A stretch of DNA of 64,000 bases, taken from the NCBI GenBank assembly GCA_902594815.1, contig CACJNL010000006.1, positions 349 through 64,348 of the forward strand, in the 5' to 3' direction. Origin of the DNA: an uncultured Alphaproteobacteria bacterium (GTDB taxonomy: Bacteria; Pseudomonadota; Alphaproteobacteria; HIMB59; GCA-002718135). Positions within the stretch are counted from its first letter, which is position 1, and each line of letters begins with the position of its first letter. The notes below the pieces were generated by a model that had not been told where the DNA came from, searched no databases, and saw only the letters and a program-made list of their open reading frames with translations. This document shows, piece by piece, positions 32,331 to 42,930 of this stretch. A program made the translations under genes and the position numbers.

Positions 32331-33620
32331 ATGAGCCAAGATTACAAAGTAAAAGATATAGAGCTTGCTGAATGGGGTTTAAAAGAAATAGCAATCGCAG
32401 AAACTGAAATGCCGGGATTAATGGCTCTAAGAGAAGAATATGGAAATAGTAAGCCACTTGAGGGTGCAAGGATTGTTGGATGTCTTCATATGACAATACA
32501 AACAGCGGTTTTGATTGAAACACTAATTCATCTAGGTGCCTCAGTTCGCTGGAGTTCTTGCAATATATTCTCTACACAAGATCAAGCGGCTGCAGCAATA
32601 GCATCAAAAAACATTCCTGTGTTTGCTTGGAAAGGTATGTCTGAGGAAGAATTTTGGTGGTGTATTGAACAAACTCTTCAAGGTCCGGATGGATGGAAAC
32701 CAAATATGATTCTAGATGATGGCGGGGATGCAACTCAAATAATCCATGACAAGTACCCAGAGCTATTAACAGAGATTAGAGGTTTATCAGAAGAAACTAC
32801 TACTGGTGTTCATCGTTTAAAAGACATGGAAAAAAAAGGCTTACTGAAAGTTCCTGCTATTAATGTAAATGACTCTGTTACAAAATCTAAATTCGATAAT
32901 TTATATGGATGTAAAGAGAGTTTAGTGGATGGTATCAGAAGAGGTACGGATGTGATGATGGCTGGAAAGGTAGCGGTTGTTGCAGGTTATGGTGACGTTG
33001 GAAAAGGATCTGCAGCAAGTTTAAGAGGTGCAGGTGCTAGAGTATGTGTAACAGAAATTGATCCCATTAATGCATTGCAGGCAGCCATGGAAGGATATGA
33101 AGTTGTAACTATGGATGATGCTTGTTCCTATGCTGATATTTTTGTTACGGCTACAGGAAATGTTGATGTTATTACTTTAGATCATATGAGAAAGATGCGT
33201 GATAGAGCAATCGTTTGCAATATCGGTCATTTTGATAATGAGATTCAGACTGAAGCATTGAGAAATTACAAGTCAGATGAGATAAAGCCCCAAGTAAGAG
33301 AGGTTGAATTTCCTGACGGAAAAAAAATAATTCTTTTATCAGAGGGACGCCTTGTTAATTTAGGAAATGCAACTGGGCACCCAAGTTTTGTAATGAGTGC
33401 TTCATTTTCAAATCAAGTAATTGCTCAAATAGAGTTATGGGAAAACTATAAAAATTATGAAAATAAAGTTTATGTTCTTCCAAAAAAACTCGATGAAAAA
33501 GTAGCAGCTCTTCATTTAAAAAAAGTTGGCGCAAAATTGACCGAGCTTAGTGAAAAACAAGCCGATTATATTGGTGTTAGTAAAGTTGGACCTTTCAAAG
33601 ATGAAACATATCGATATTAG
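32331..33620 (+). CDS. ahcY: S-adenosyl-L-homocysteine hydrolase
   Basis: 429 aa with [29 protein letters not shown] and GYGDVGKG. Confidence 0.95.
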   Translation: MSQDYKVKDIELAEWGLKEIAIAETEMPGLMALREEYGNSKPLEGARIVGCLHMTIQTAVLIETLIHLGASVRWSSCNIFSTQDQAAAAIASKNIPVFAWKGMSEEEFWWCIEQTLQGPDGWKPNMILDDGGDATQIIHDKYPELLTEIRGLSEETTTGVHRLKDMEKKGLLKVPAINVNDSVTKSKFDNLYGCKESLVDGIRRGTDVMMAGKVAVVAGYGDVGKGSAASLRGAGARVCVTEIDPINALQAAMEGYEVVTMDDACSYADIFVTATGNVDVITLDHMRKMRDRAIVCNIGHFDNEIQTEALRNYKSDEIKPQVREVEFPDGKKIILLSEGRLVNLGNATGHPSFVMSASFSNQVIAQIELWENYKNYENKVYVLPKKLDEKVAALHLKKVGAKLTELSEKQADYIGVSKVGPFKDETYRY

Positions 33621-33629
33621 GAGGAATAA

Positions 33630-34796
33630 ATGAGACCTTATTTTTTTACAAGTGAGTCAGTGTCGGAGGGACACCCTGACAAAGTCTGTGATCGTATATC
33701 AGATATGGTTGTCGATGCATACTTGTCATCGGGAGATCCTCAAACTCGTGTTGCGTGTGAAACACTTACAACAACAAATAAAGTAGTTTTAGCTGGAGAA
33801 GTAAGAGGTCCATCGATATCAAAAGATCAAATTATTTCTCAAGTAAGAGAATGTATTAAGGATATTGGGTATGAACAAGATGGGTTTCACTGGAAAAATT
33901 GTGAAATAGATTACCATTTACATCCTCAATCTTCAGATATTGCAATGGGAGTTGACTCCGGAAGCAATAAAGATGAAGGAGCGGGAGATCAAGGTATTAT
34001 GTTTGGATTTGCATGTAAAGATACAGATACTTTAATGCCAGCACCAATTCACTATTCTCACCAAATTTTATATAAAATGGCTGAGGCTAGAAAAAATGGA
34101 TCTGCACCTGGCTTAGAACCAGATTCTAAAAGTCAAGTAACAATGTTGTATGAAAATGGAAAACCAACAAGAGTAACCTCATTAGTGATATCATCACAAC
34201 ATAAAGAAGGCTTGTCACCAAGTGATGTAAAAGAAATTGTTAAGCCTTATATTTATGAATGCATACCAAATCAATTACTTGAAGGTCTGAAAGATGAAGA
34301 ATTTTATGTTAATCCAACCGGAAATTTTGTCATTGGTGGCCCTGATGGTGACTCTGGTTTAACTGGTAGGAAAATTATCGTAGATACCTATGGCGGTGCT
34401 GCGCCTCATGGAGGCGGGGCTTTTTCAGGAAAAGATCCTTCTAAAGTTGATAGATCTGCTGCTTATGCAGCCAGGTATTTAGCTAAAAATATAGTTGCAG
34501 CTGACCTTGCAGATCAATGCACAATCCAACTTTCATATGCAATTGGAGTATCAAAACCTATTTCAGTTTATGTTAACACTAATGGAACTAATAAAGTTGA
34601 TGAAAAAAAAATTGAAAGTTCTGTTCAGGACATGTTTGATTTAAGTCCAAGGGGAATAAGAGAGCAACTAAAACTAACAAATGCTATTTATGTGCCAACA
34701 TCAGCTTATGGCCATTTTGGAAGAACGCCAACTGATGAGGGACATTTTTCTTGGGAAAAAACTGACTTAGTTGAATCCTTAAAAAGCTTATTATAA
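33630..34796 (+). CDS. metK: S-adenosylmethionine synthetase
   Basis: [19 protein letters not shown] and GGGAFSGKD motifs. Confidence 0.95.
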   Translation: MRPYFFTSESVSEGHPDKVCDRISDMVVDAYLSSGDPQTRVACETLTTTNKVVLAGEVRGPSISKDQIISQVRECIKDIGYEQDGFHWKNCEIDYHLHPQSSDIAMGVDSGSNKDEGAGDQGIMFGFACKDTDTLMPAPIHYSHQILYKMAEARKNGSAPGLEPDSKSQVTMLYENGKPTRVTSLVISSQHKEGLSPSDVKEIVKPYIYECIPNQLLEGLKDEEFYVNPTGNFVIGGPDGDSGLTGRKIIVDTYGGAAPHGGGAFSGKDPSKVDRSAAYAARYLAKNIVAADLADQCTIQLSYAIGVSKPISVYVNTNGTNKVDEKKIESSVQDMFDLSPRGIREQLKLTNAIYVPTSAYGHFGRTPTDEGHFSWEKTDLVESLKSLL

Positions 34797-34798
34797 GT

Positions 34799-35242
34799 TT
34801 GAAGGAAGAAATACTAACTCTTGATTTACTTGGTCTTGAACAATTTTGTGAAAAACTAGCTCAAAACTTAGATCATGGAAACATTTTATGTTTATTTGGA
34901 GAATTAGGTTCAGGAAAGACCACCTTTGCAAGAAGTGTTATCAAATCAATATACAAAAAACAGAATGCTAAAGCACCTCATTCAATAAAAAGTCCATCAT
35001 TTCCAATCTTAATTACTTATGAAGTAAATAATATTGAGATTTATCATTACGATTTGTACCGTATCTCAAATACTAGTGAATTATTTGAGCTAAATATTTT
35101 TGAAAATTTACAAAATTCAATAACTCTAATTGAATGGCCAGAAATTATTTTGAAAGAACTAAAGAGCAAAAAATATTTTTCTGTAAAATTTGATATTATT
35201 GATAGTTTTTCAAGAAAGATAAACCATAACATATTACTATAA
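34799..35242 (+). CDS. tsaE: tRNA t6A37 biosynthesis ATPase TsaE
   Basis: 147 aa, GELGSGKTTFARSVIK P-loop, SPSFPIL...YHYDLYR pattern. TTG start. Confidence 0.8.
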   Translation: MKEEILTLDLLGLEQFCEKLAQNLDHGNILCLFGELGSGKTTFARSVIKSIYKKQNAKAPHSIKSPSFPILITYEVNNIEIYHYDLYRISNTSELFELNIFENLQNSITLIEWPEIILKELKSKKYFSVKFDIIDSFSRKINHNILL

Positions 35243-35244
35243 CT

Positions 35245-36183
35245 GTGGTTACATTAAACTTAAATGAATTAAACCAAATTGAAAGTGGCGCATCAAAAAA
35301 GAAAATTTATAGATTTAAAAATGAAAACACAAAAAATATTCTTGTAGATTTTTCATATAGTTTTAGTGATTATTTATCATTTATAAATGTTCATCAATTT
35401 TTATCGAACATAAATATATCTATTCCAAAAATATTTGACACTAATGATGCTCACAAACTTATTCTTATGGAGGATTTTGGAAATGATAGATATGATAGAA
35501 TAATAACCAATTACGATGTTAGGCAATTACTTCTCAATGCTATCGATTCACTAATTGCAATTCAACACTTTGATAAACCATTGATAGCAGATGGATTTAA
35601 AGAATATAATTATTTAAATTTTAAAGAGGAAATCACTGAATTCGTTGACTTTTATTTACCTTTATTAAAAACTTCATCTGATCAGATGGAGGATTTTTTA
35701 CAAATCTGGACATCAGAGTTTAAAAAACTGAACTTTAATTGGAATTCTTTTGTTCATAAAGATTTTGAACTATCAAATTTAATGTATTTGCCAGAGAAAG
35801 AGAATCATTTGAAATGTGGAATACTTGATTTTCAAAATGCTTTTATTGGTTTTGCAGGATGGGATGTTTTTTCTCTTCTAGAAAATCCAAGAATCAGTTT
35901 TGATGATAAATATAATCGAGAATTAATTGAATATTTTTATTATAAGTCAAATCAAAAGATATCTTATAAAGATTTCTTAATGCAATATTTCTTTCTTAAT
36001 ACAGCAAGACAAACAAGAATAATTGGAAGATGGGTAAGTTTGGATAAGAAAAATAATAATAACTTCTATAAATCAAATTTTTATTCAGTTACCATTAAAA
36101 GACTAAAAAATAGTTTATATAATCTTCAAAATAAACAACTAAGTAATTTATATAAAAAAATTTTAAAAAATGAAAAATTTTAG
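35245..36183 (+). CDS. amgK: aminoglycoside-phosphotransferase-fold kinase (AmgK-like anomeric MurNAc/GlcNAc kinase)
   Basis: APH-fold motifs (HKDFELSNLMY, ILDFQNA). Sits in the tsaE-kinase-nucleotidyltransferase arrangement conserved in alphaproteobacteria. Confidence 0.5.
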   Translation: MVTLNLNELNQIESGASKKKIYRFKNENTKNILVDFSYSFSDYLSFINVHQFLSNINISIPKIFDTNDAHKLILMEDFGNDRYDRIITNYDVRQLLLNAIDSLIAIQHFDKPLIADGFKEYNYLNFKEEITEFVDFYLPLLKTSSDQMEDFLQIWTSEFKKLNFNWNSFVHKDFELSNLMYLPEKENHLKCGILDFQNAFIGFAGWDVFSLLENPRISFDDKYNRELIEYFYYKSNQKISYKDFLMQYFFLNTARQTRIIGRWVSLDKKNNNNFYKSNFYSVTIKRLKNSLYNLQNKQLSNLYKKILKNEKF

Positions 36184-36883
36184 TTTAATGATTTTAGCCG
36201 CAGGGTACGGAAAGAGAATGAAGCACTTAACTCAAGAGGTCCCTAAACCTTTGCTTAAAATAAATGATAGAGAATTGTTGGGTTATAATATTGATTTTTT
36301 TTTAAACTTAGGCTGTAATAAAATTGTCATCAATACACATTTTCTGCATAATGAAATAAAAATATTTGTAGAAAAAAAATACTCTAATCAAAATATTAAT
36401 CTAATTTTTGAGCCTGAACTATTAAATACAGGTGGTGGAATTAAAAATGCTTTGAGTTATTTTGGTGAAAATAATTTTTTAGTAACTAATTCTGATATTT
36501 TATGGAATGATGATAATAGAAAAGATATTAATGATTTCATTGCAGAATATCAAAAAATTAAATTTTGTAAATTACTGCTTGTTGAAAATAAAAAATTGAA
36601 AGGCTTGAAAAAAAAAGAAGGTGATTTTAAATTAGAAAAAGATTTAGTTTCAAGATGGGAAAAAAATGATCCGCATTTATATTTTTCAGGTTTGCAAATA
36701 ATAAATCCAAATGTGTTTTCTCAAATCATACAAAATTCTTTCTCTATGAATTTGTTGTGGGATATCTTAATAAAATATAATCAGCTACAAGGACAAATTG
36801 CTAATTCAGTAGTAACTCACATAGGGGATATTAATTCCTACAATGAAATAAAAAATATTTTTTACTTGAATAAAAAAATTTAG
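36170..36883 (+). CDS. murU: sugar-1-phosphate nucleotidyltransferase (MurU-like)
   Basis: The N-terminal ILAAGYGKRMKHLTQEVPKPLL motif is the nucleotidyltransferase signature. 14-nt overlap with the preceding kinase. Confidence 0.5.
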   Translation: MKNFSLMILAAGYGKRMKHLTQEVPKPLLKINDRELLGYNIDFFLNLGCNKIVINTHFLHNEIKIFVEKKYSNQNINLIFEPELLNTGGGIKNALSYFGENNFLVTNSDILWNDDNRKDINDFIAEYQKIKFCKLLLVENKKLKGLKKKEGDFKLEKDLVSRWEKNDPHLYFSGLQIINPNVFSQIIQNSFSMNLLWDILIKYNQLQGQIANSVVTHIGDINSYNEIKNIFYLNKKI

Positions 36884-36899
36884 TGCTTACTTTCTTCCT

Positions 36900-37220
36900 A
36901 TGACAACACATACCGTAAAAGACGACAATTTTGAGGAAGAAATTAAATCATCAAAAGTGCCAGTTCTTGTAGATTTTTGGGCAGAATGGTGTGGTCCTTG
37001 TAAGACCATTGGGCCTATTCTTGAAGAAATTGGGACAGAAAAAAAAGATAAACTTAAAATAATTAAATTAAATGTTGATGAAAATCCGCAAACTCCTCAA
37101 AAATTTGGCGTTAGAGGAATACCAACTCTGATGCTTTTTAAAGATGGAAATCTCGTTGATACAAAAGTTGGAAGCCTCCCCAAAAATATGCTTGAGTCTT
37201 GGTTAGAACCAAATCTATAA
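36900..37220 (+). CDS. trxA: thioredoxin
   Basis: 106 aa with WAEWCGPCK. Confidence 0.95.
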   Translation: MTTHTVKDDNFEEEIKSSKVPVLVDFWAEWCGPCKTIGPILEEIGTEKKDKLKIIKLNVDENPQTPQKFGVRGIPTLMLFKDGNLVDTKVGSLPKNMLESWLEPNL

Positions 37221-38474
37221 ATAATTTTTTCGAATTTTACCTATTAAATATAAAGAGCCTGTAATCAAGATATATTTATTAGGTCCTTTTATAATTGATG
37301 CGTTGATAGCTTTTAAATTTGGTTTTAAAAAAGATTTAATATTTAATTTTTTAGCAATATTATTAATTTCATTTTTATTCAGTGCATTTATTTCATCAGG
37401 AATTTGCACTGGATACAAGGTATCGATATTTTTTTTTAGTGTCGATAAGAATCCTTCAATATTTTTATTATTTAGCATGCCAAAAATAGTTATGGGTTTA
37501 ATTTTATTTGTCATTAAGTAATCATTAAGTTTTTCAGCTCCAGATAGATTATGTGAACCATCAAAAATAATAAATTTATTTTTAAAGACTATTTTCTCAA
37601 TCCTCCCTGGCCATTTTGTCGTAAGAATACTTTTAGCTAAAGAATTTAATCTTATGGAATAATTATTTTTTTTAAGAAGAATAGCTGTTGTAATAGCAGT
37701 AGATGCATTTTCGATTTGATGTTTTCCCTCTAACGAAGGATTACTTAAAACTTTTTTAAAATTTCTAAACTCATAATTAAATTTATTTTTTTGAATTGGT
37801 TTAAATTTATAATCCTTATTGAAATAGTATATATTTTTTTTATTTTTTAATTTTTTAAATATATGCTTTTGAACTTCATTCTTTTGTTTTGCTATAATTA
37901 CATTTTCATATTGTTTAATTATCCCTAATTTTTCATTAGTAATTTTCTTAATGGTATTTCCTAAAAATTCCTGATGATCAATATCTATTGCAGTGATAAT
38001 ACTAATCATTTTTTTGGGTATGATGTTTGTTGCATCTAGTCTACCCCCTAATCCAGTTTCAAGTATTAAGAAGTCTGCCTTATGTTGCGCAAAAAGAACA
38101 AATGCAGCAGCAGTTGTTATTTCAAAAAATGTAATAGGATTGTTATTATTAATCTTTTTTACCTTCTCTAAACATCTTAATAATTTATTTGCATTAATAG
38201 TTTTGTTATTAAGGGAAATTCTTTCACGAAATTTTTCAAGATGAGGGGATGTGTAGGTATGCACAGAGTAATTATTTTGTTCAAGAATATTTTTAATAAA
38301 ACTTAATGTAGAGCCTTTTCCATTAGTGCCCGCGATGTGTATTGTGGGTGGAAGTTGATGGTGTGGATTGCCAAGTTTTTTGAGGAGCTCTTCAAGTCTT
38401 GTGAGAGATAAATCAATGTATTTAGGATGAAGAGCAATAAGTTTTTTTAATAACTTGTCAGTTTTTGTAATCAC
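37215..38474 (-). CDS. folC: dihydrofolate synthase / folylpolyglutamate synthase
   Basis: HIAGTNGKGST P-loop of the Mur ligase family. Sits downstream of accD, as in the conserved accD-folC pair. Confidence 0.85.
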   Translation of the reverse strand: MITKTDKLLKKLIALHPKYIDLSLTRLEELLKKLGNPHHQLPPTIHIAGTNGKGSTLSFIKNILEQNNYSVHTYTSPHLEKFRERISLNNKTINANKLLRCLEKVKKINNNNPITFFEITTAAAFVLFAQHKADFLILETGLGGRLDATNIIPKKMISIITAIDIDHQEFLGNTIKKITNEKLGIIKQYENVIIAKQKNEVQKHIFKKLKNKKNIYYFNKDYKFKPIQKNKFNYEFRNFKKVLSNPSLEGKHQIENASTAITTAILLKKNNYSIRLNSLAKSILTTKWPGRIEKIVFKNKFIIFDGSHNLSGAEKLNDYLMTNKIKPITIFGMLNNKNIEGFLSTLKKNIDTLYPVQIPDEINALNKNEINNIAKKLNIKSFLKPNLKAINASIIKGPNKYILITGSLYLIGKIRKNYL

Positions 38475-38478
38475 TTAT

Positions 38479-39321
38479 TTAAGTGATATGATTTATTACT
38501 GTTGCGAGATTATTTTTCAAGTCCTTACGATGGCAAACAATATCTACCATGCCATGCTCTTTCAAATATTCTGCTTTTTGAAAGTCTATCGGCAATTCTT
38601 CTCTTATAGTATCCTGGATAACCCTTTTCCCTGCAAAACCTATAGTAGATCCTTGTTCTGCAATCGTAATATCGCCTAGCATAGCAAATGAAGCAGTAAC
38701 ACCGCCTGTTGTTGGTTCAGTTAAAACAACTAAATAGGGAATTTTGTTTTGATTTAGCAACTCTACTGCAGCAACAGTTCTTGGCATTTGCATTAAACTT
38801 ATAATTCCCTCTTGCATTCTGGCCCCACCTGAGGAAGTAAAAATTACAAAGGGGCATTTTTTTTCAAGCGCTGTTTTGGCACCCTTGACGATTCCTCCCC
38901 CAACAGCTCTTCCCATTGATCCACCCATAAAAGCAAAATTCATTAAGCCACAAATTATTTTTGATTTACCAATTTTAGTTTCTAGTAATATGAAGGCATC
39001 ATCTTTTTTTGTTTTTTTTCTATATTCTTTAAGCCTATCTTTGTATTTTTTTTTATCAGTAAAATTAAGAGGGTCATCAGAAATTTTATCAAGTTCAATT
39101 TCAATTGTATCCTCTTTATCAAATAGAAGATTTATTCTATCTTCCACTGACATTCTAAAGTGATGATTACATGAGTTACAAACATTCAAATTTTCTCGTA
39201 AATCTTTATGATGAATCATGCTCCCACATTTAGGACAGTTTTGCCATAGGTTTTCTGGAACATCTTTCCTTTTTACAAGAGCTGATAATTTAGGTTTAAC
39301 GAAATTTGTTAACCAATTCAT
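38479..39321 (-). CDS. accD: acetyl-CoA carboxylase carboxyltransferase beta subunit
   Basis: N-terminal Zn finger CPKCGS...CNSCNHH and a carboxyltransferase domain (MGGSMG). Confidence 0.92.
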   Translation of the reverse strand: MNWLTNFVKPKLSALVKRKDVPENLWQNCPKCGSMIHHKDLRENLNVCNSCNHHFRMSVEDRINLLFDKEDTIEIELDKISDDPLNFTDKKKYKDRLKEYRKKTKKDDAFILLETKIGKSKIICGLMNFAFMGGSMGRAVGGGIVKGAKTALEKKCPFVIFTSSGGARMQEGIISLMQMPRTVAAVELLNQNKIPYLVVLTEPTTGGVTASFAMLGDITIAEQGSTIGFAGKRVIQDTIREELPIDFQKAEYLKEHGMVDIVCHRKDLKNNLATVINHIT

Positions 39322-40112
39322 GAACCTATACCTTTTTTAAGATCTTGCGTGAATAAATCTATTTTTTCTATTATATTTTTCTTATCTGAAATATTATCTT
39401 TAATAATATTTACAATACTAGAGCCCACAACAACGCCATCTGTAAAAGCACTAATATTTTCAACATCTTTTCTACTTTTTATTCCAAAACCAGCAACAAT
39501 AGGTAGGTTTGATTCAGACCTTATTAAATTGATTGATGTTTCCAACTCTTTTAAGTTAGCTGAGTTTTGACCAGTGATACCCGTGACAGTAACATAATAT
39601 AAAAATCCAGAAGCATTATTTAATATTGTTTTTAATCTTTCTTTGTTAGTCGTGGGAGTGATTAATCTTATAAGATCAATATTGTTCTCTTTTGTTTTGT
39701 CATATAAATCGACGTCTTCTTCGGGTTGCAAATCAACGATAATTAATCCATCAACACCAACCTGAACGCACTTATATGTAAACTCTTCAATTCCCATATT
39801 AAATATTGAATTATAATATCCCATTAAAATAACTGGAATTTCATTATTTAGAGTCCTTATTTTTTTTACTAGCTCAAAAATATCTTGTATTGTTGTTCCG
39901 TTTTCAATCGATCTTGTACTTGATTCCTGAATTGTGGGTCCATCCGCCATTGGATCTGAGAAGGGCATGCCTATTTCAACAATGTCGATGTTATTATTTA
40001 TAATTGTTTTTAAAATTTCAAAACTTGTTTCTAAATCAGGATCGCCTCCTGTGGTGAAAGTGACTAATTTCTTTCTTTTGTTTTCAAATGTTTTTTTGAT
40101 TCTCTCTGACAT
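39318..40112 (-). CDS. trpA: tryptophan synthase alpha chain
   Basis: 264 aa with EIGMPFSDPMADGPTIQ. Confidence 0.92.
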   Translation of the reverse strand: MSERIKKTFENKRKKLVTFTTGGDPDLETSFEILKTIINNNIDIVEIGMPFSDPMADGPTIQESSTRSIENGTTIQDIFELVKKIRTLNNEIPVILMGYYNSIFNMGIEEFTYKCVQVGVDGLIIVDLQPEEDVDLYDKTKENNIDLIRLITPTTNKERLKTILNNASGFLYYVTVTGITGQNSANLKELETSINLIRSESNLPIVAGFGIKSRKDVENISAFTDGVVVGSSIVNIIKDNISDKKNIIEKIDLFTQDLKKGIGS

Positions 40113-41323
40113 TACAATTTAATATTTAGTTCTTCAGCAATGGTAAAAATATCTTTATCTCCTCTTCCACACATGTTCATTACAACAATTTTTTCTTTGC
40201 TGTAATTTTTTGCTATTTTTTTTAATACTGCAAGAGCATGCGATGGTTCTAGTGCAGGGATAATTCCTTCCAAATTACAACAATATTGAAACGCTTCTAT
40301 AGCCTCTTTATCTGTGGCTGACATATAGTGAACTCTTTTTTGTTCAAACAAATAAGAGTGTTCTGGTCCAATTCCAGGATAATCTAGGCCAGCTGAAATA
40401 GAGTGCGCCTCATCTATTTGTCCATCATTTGATTGCAAAAGATAAGTTTTGTTTCCATGTAAAATTCCTGGTTTCCCACCACTTAAACTTGCAGCATGAC
40501 TTCCTGTATCTATCCCATGTCCTGCAGCTTCTACAGCTATCATTTCTATCTGTTTATCATCAAGAAACTCATGAAATAAACCTAAAGCATTTGATCCTCC
40601 ACCGATGCAAGCCATCAATAAGTCAGGAAGTTTGTTCTCAGCTTTTAAAATTTGTTCTCTTACTTCCTCTCCAATTATAGATTGAAAATCCCTTACCATT
40701 GCTGGATACGGATGAGGACCTGCAGCAGTACCTATAATATAAAAGGTATCTCTCACATTTGTTACCCAATCACGAAGAGCTTCGTTCATTGCATCTTTGA
40801 GAGATTTTGAACCAGTTTTTACACTTCTAATTTCAGCACCTAGTAATTTCATTCTAAAAACATTAGGCGATTGTCTTTTAATATCTTTTTCTCCCATATA
40901 AACAATGCATGGTAATCCAAATAATGCACATACAGTTGCAGTTGCTACGCCATGTTGACCGGCTCCAGTTTCAGCAATTATTCTTTTTTTTCCCATTTTT
41001 TTTGCAAGAAGTATTTGGCCCATACAGTTATTTATTTTGTGTGCTCCCGTATGATTTAATTCATCTCTTTTGAAATATATTTTTGGCCCACCTAAATCTT
41101 CAGAAATTCTTTTTGCATAAAATAGAGGGCTTGGTCTTCCAATATATGTTTCCATATAGTGATTTAATTCTTCTTTAAAGCTACTTTCATCCTTTATTTT
41201 TTCATATTCTTTTTCTACTTCTAATATTAGAGGCATTAAAGTTTCAGAAACATATCTTCCACCAAAGGCACCAAAGTAGCCTTTATCATCCGGTAATTGC
41301 TTAAAAGAATTTTTAATTGTCAT
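40112..41323 (-). CDS. trpB: tryptophan synthase beta chain
   Basis: 403 aa with the [14 protein letters not shown]-lysine motif and GGGSNA. Confidence 0.95.
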   Translation of the reverse strand: MTIKNSFKQLPDDKGYFGAFGGRYVSETLMPLILEVEKEYEKIKDESSFKEELNHYMETYIGRPSPLFYAKRISEDLGGPKIYFKRDELNHTGAHKINNCMGQILLAKKMGKKRIIAETGAGQHGVATATVCALFGLPCIVYMGEKDIKRQSPNVFRMKLLGAEIRSVKTGSKSLKDAMNEALRDWVTNVRDTFYIIGTAAGPHPYPAMVRDFQSIIGEEVREQILKAENKLPDLLMACIGGGSNALGLFHEFLDDKQIEMIAVEAAGHGIDTGSHAASLSGGKPGILHGNKTYLLQSNDGQIDEAHSISAGLDYPGIGPEHSYLFEQKRVHYMSATDKEAIEAFQYCCNLEGIIPALEPSHALAVLKKIAKNYSKEKIVVMNMCGRGDKDIFTIAEELNIKL

Positions 41324-41945
41324 AATATAATCTAAGTAAATTGTTTATTTTTTTATTACTTTTTTTACCCAGCGACTCTTCTACACCCGAAGAGAGATCA
41401 ATACCATTAGGATTTATTGTTTTTTTTATATTTTTTATATTTGATTCATTTATTCCACCAGAAACAAACCAAGGGAACTTAATTTGAGCATTTTTTAGTA
41501 AGTCCCAATTAAAAGATTTCGAATTTCCTCCAGGAAGTTCACCTGAACTTGGCTTGTAATCAAATAAAAAATAATCAATATTATTTATTTGATTAACTTT
41601 AACTAAATCTTTTTCGCTTTCTATTGAAAACTTTTTGATTATTTTTATATTAAATGTGCTTTTAATTTCGTTAATGTACTCTTGGCTTTCATCACCATGC
41701 AATTGTATGTACTGTAAATTTAAATAGGTAATAATATCCTTTAAATCACTTATTCCTTGATTAACAAAGACTCCAACTGGAATTATTCTTAAGTCTGCTG
41801 CAAATTTAATTAACTCTCTTGCATTTTTGTAAGAAATATTTCGTGGACTCTTTTTATAAAAAATTAGCCCAAAAAAATCTACATGATTTGCTTCACAGCA
41901 AAGTATTGAATCTTTTTCTTTAAGTCCACAAATTTTAAAGATCAC
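41313..41945 (-). CDS. trpF: phosphoribosylanthranilate isomerase
   Basis: 210 aa with KICGLK...[13 protein letters not shown]. Order is trpF-trpB-trpA. Confidence 0.85.
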   Translation of the reverse strand: MIFKICGLKEKDSILCCEANHVDFFGLIFYKKSPRNISYKNARELIKFAADLRIIPVGVFVNQGISDLKDIITYLNLQYIQLHGDESQEYINEIKSTFNIKIIKKFSIESEKDLVKVNQINNIDYFLFDYKPSSGELPGGNSKSFNWDLLKNAQIKFPWFVSGGINESNIKNIKKTINPNGIDLSSGVEESLGKKSNKKINNLLRLYYDN

Positions 41946-42637
41946 TTGATGTCGATACTTTCATTTATTTCTTTAAGAGTTTTCAAGGGATTATTCGACT
42001 CAACAATTGGCCTTCCTATAACTAAATAATCTGCTCCTAATTTAATTGCTTCCTCAGGTGTAAGAACTCTTTTCTGATCATCCTTTGTGTTATTTAGTTT
42101 TTTTTCAAATCTTATACCTGGCACAACTATTAACATTTTGCTACCAACTACTTTTCTTACAGTTTTAAGTTCAAGTGGACTGCAAACTATTCCATCAAGA
42201 TTATTATTTTTAGCATTTTGCGCAAACTTTTTTACTAACTGATTAACATTTTTATTATTGTAATACTTTTTTGTTTGACTACTATTTAAACTTGTTAATA
42301 TTGTTACACCGAGTACCTTTGTTTTATTTTTTTTTAGGTTTGATGTAATTTTTTGCATCTCATCACCCCCACTAATGTGAATAGTAGTTAAAATTGGCTT
42401 AAGCTTTATTAGAGCTTTTAGAGCTTTTTCAACCGTATTTGGTATATCGTGAAGTTTAAGATCTAAAAAGATATTACTAGAATGTTTATAAATTTTCTTA
42501 TAACCCTCTATTCCATAATTATAAAAAAATTCTTTACCAATTTTGAATCCAAAAGCATGAGATTTAGTTTTTTTTACTAAAGCTATAATTTGAGTTAAGT
42601 TTTTGTTATCTAATGCAACAATTACTCTTTTAGTCAT
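41942..42637 (-). CDS. pyrF: orotidine-5'-phosphate decarboxylase
   Basis: VALD...FLDLKLHDIPNTV...VIGRPI motifs. Confidence 0.88.
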   Translation of the reverse strand: MTKRVIVALDNKNLTQIIALVKKTKSHAFGFKIGKEFFYNYGIEGYKKIYKHSSNIFLDLKLHDIPNTVEKALKALIKLKPILTTIHISGGDEMQKITSNLKKNKTKVLGVTILTSLNSSQTKKYYNNKNVNQLVKKFAQNAKNNNLDGIVCSPLELKTVRKVVGSKMLIVVPGIRFEKKLNNTKDDQKRVLTPEEAIKLGADYLVIGRPIVESNNPLKTLKEINESIDIK

Positions 42638-42926
42638 CTTCCAGACTAATATTATTTAATTTTTTATGAAGTGTTTTTCCTGTTTTAAAATGTAGTTTAT
42701 AAGTTTGTTTCTTAAAAAGTATCTCATTATTTTTTGGGTTTCTTACTTGTTTTTCTTTGTTAATTTTTTTTTTAAAAGTTCCAAAACCTCTTATCTCAAT
42801 TGTGTTGCCTTCATTTAAGCTTGACACAATTTTTTTAAAAAAAATTTTTAATATTAATTCAATATCATAGTTGCTGAGGTTGCTATGTTTTGTCTGAAGT
42901 TTTTCAATAATTTCAGATTTTAGCAT
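42630..42926 (-). CDS. ihfB: integration host factor beta subunit (HU/IHF family)
   Basis: 98 aa with IEIRGFGTF...RNPKN. Follows cmk-rpsA as in many proteobacteria. Confidence 0.8.
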   Translation of the reverse strand: MLKSEIIEKLQTKHSNLSNYDIELILKIFFKKIVSSLNEGNTIEIRGFGTFKKKINKEKQVRNPKNNEILFKKQTYKLHFKTGKTLHKKLNNISLEDD

Positions 42927-42930
42927 TTAA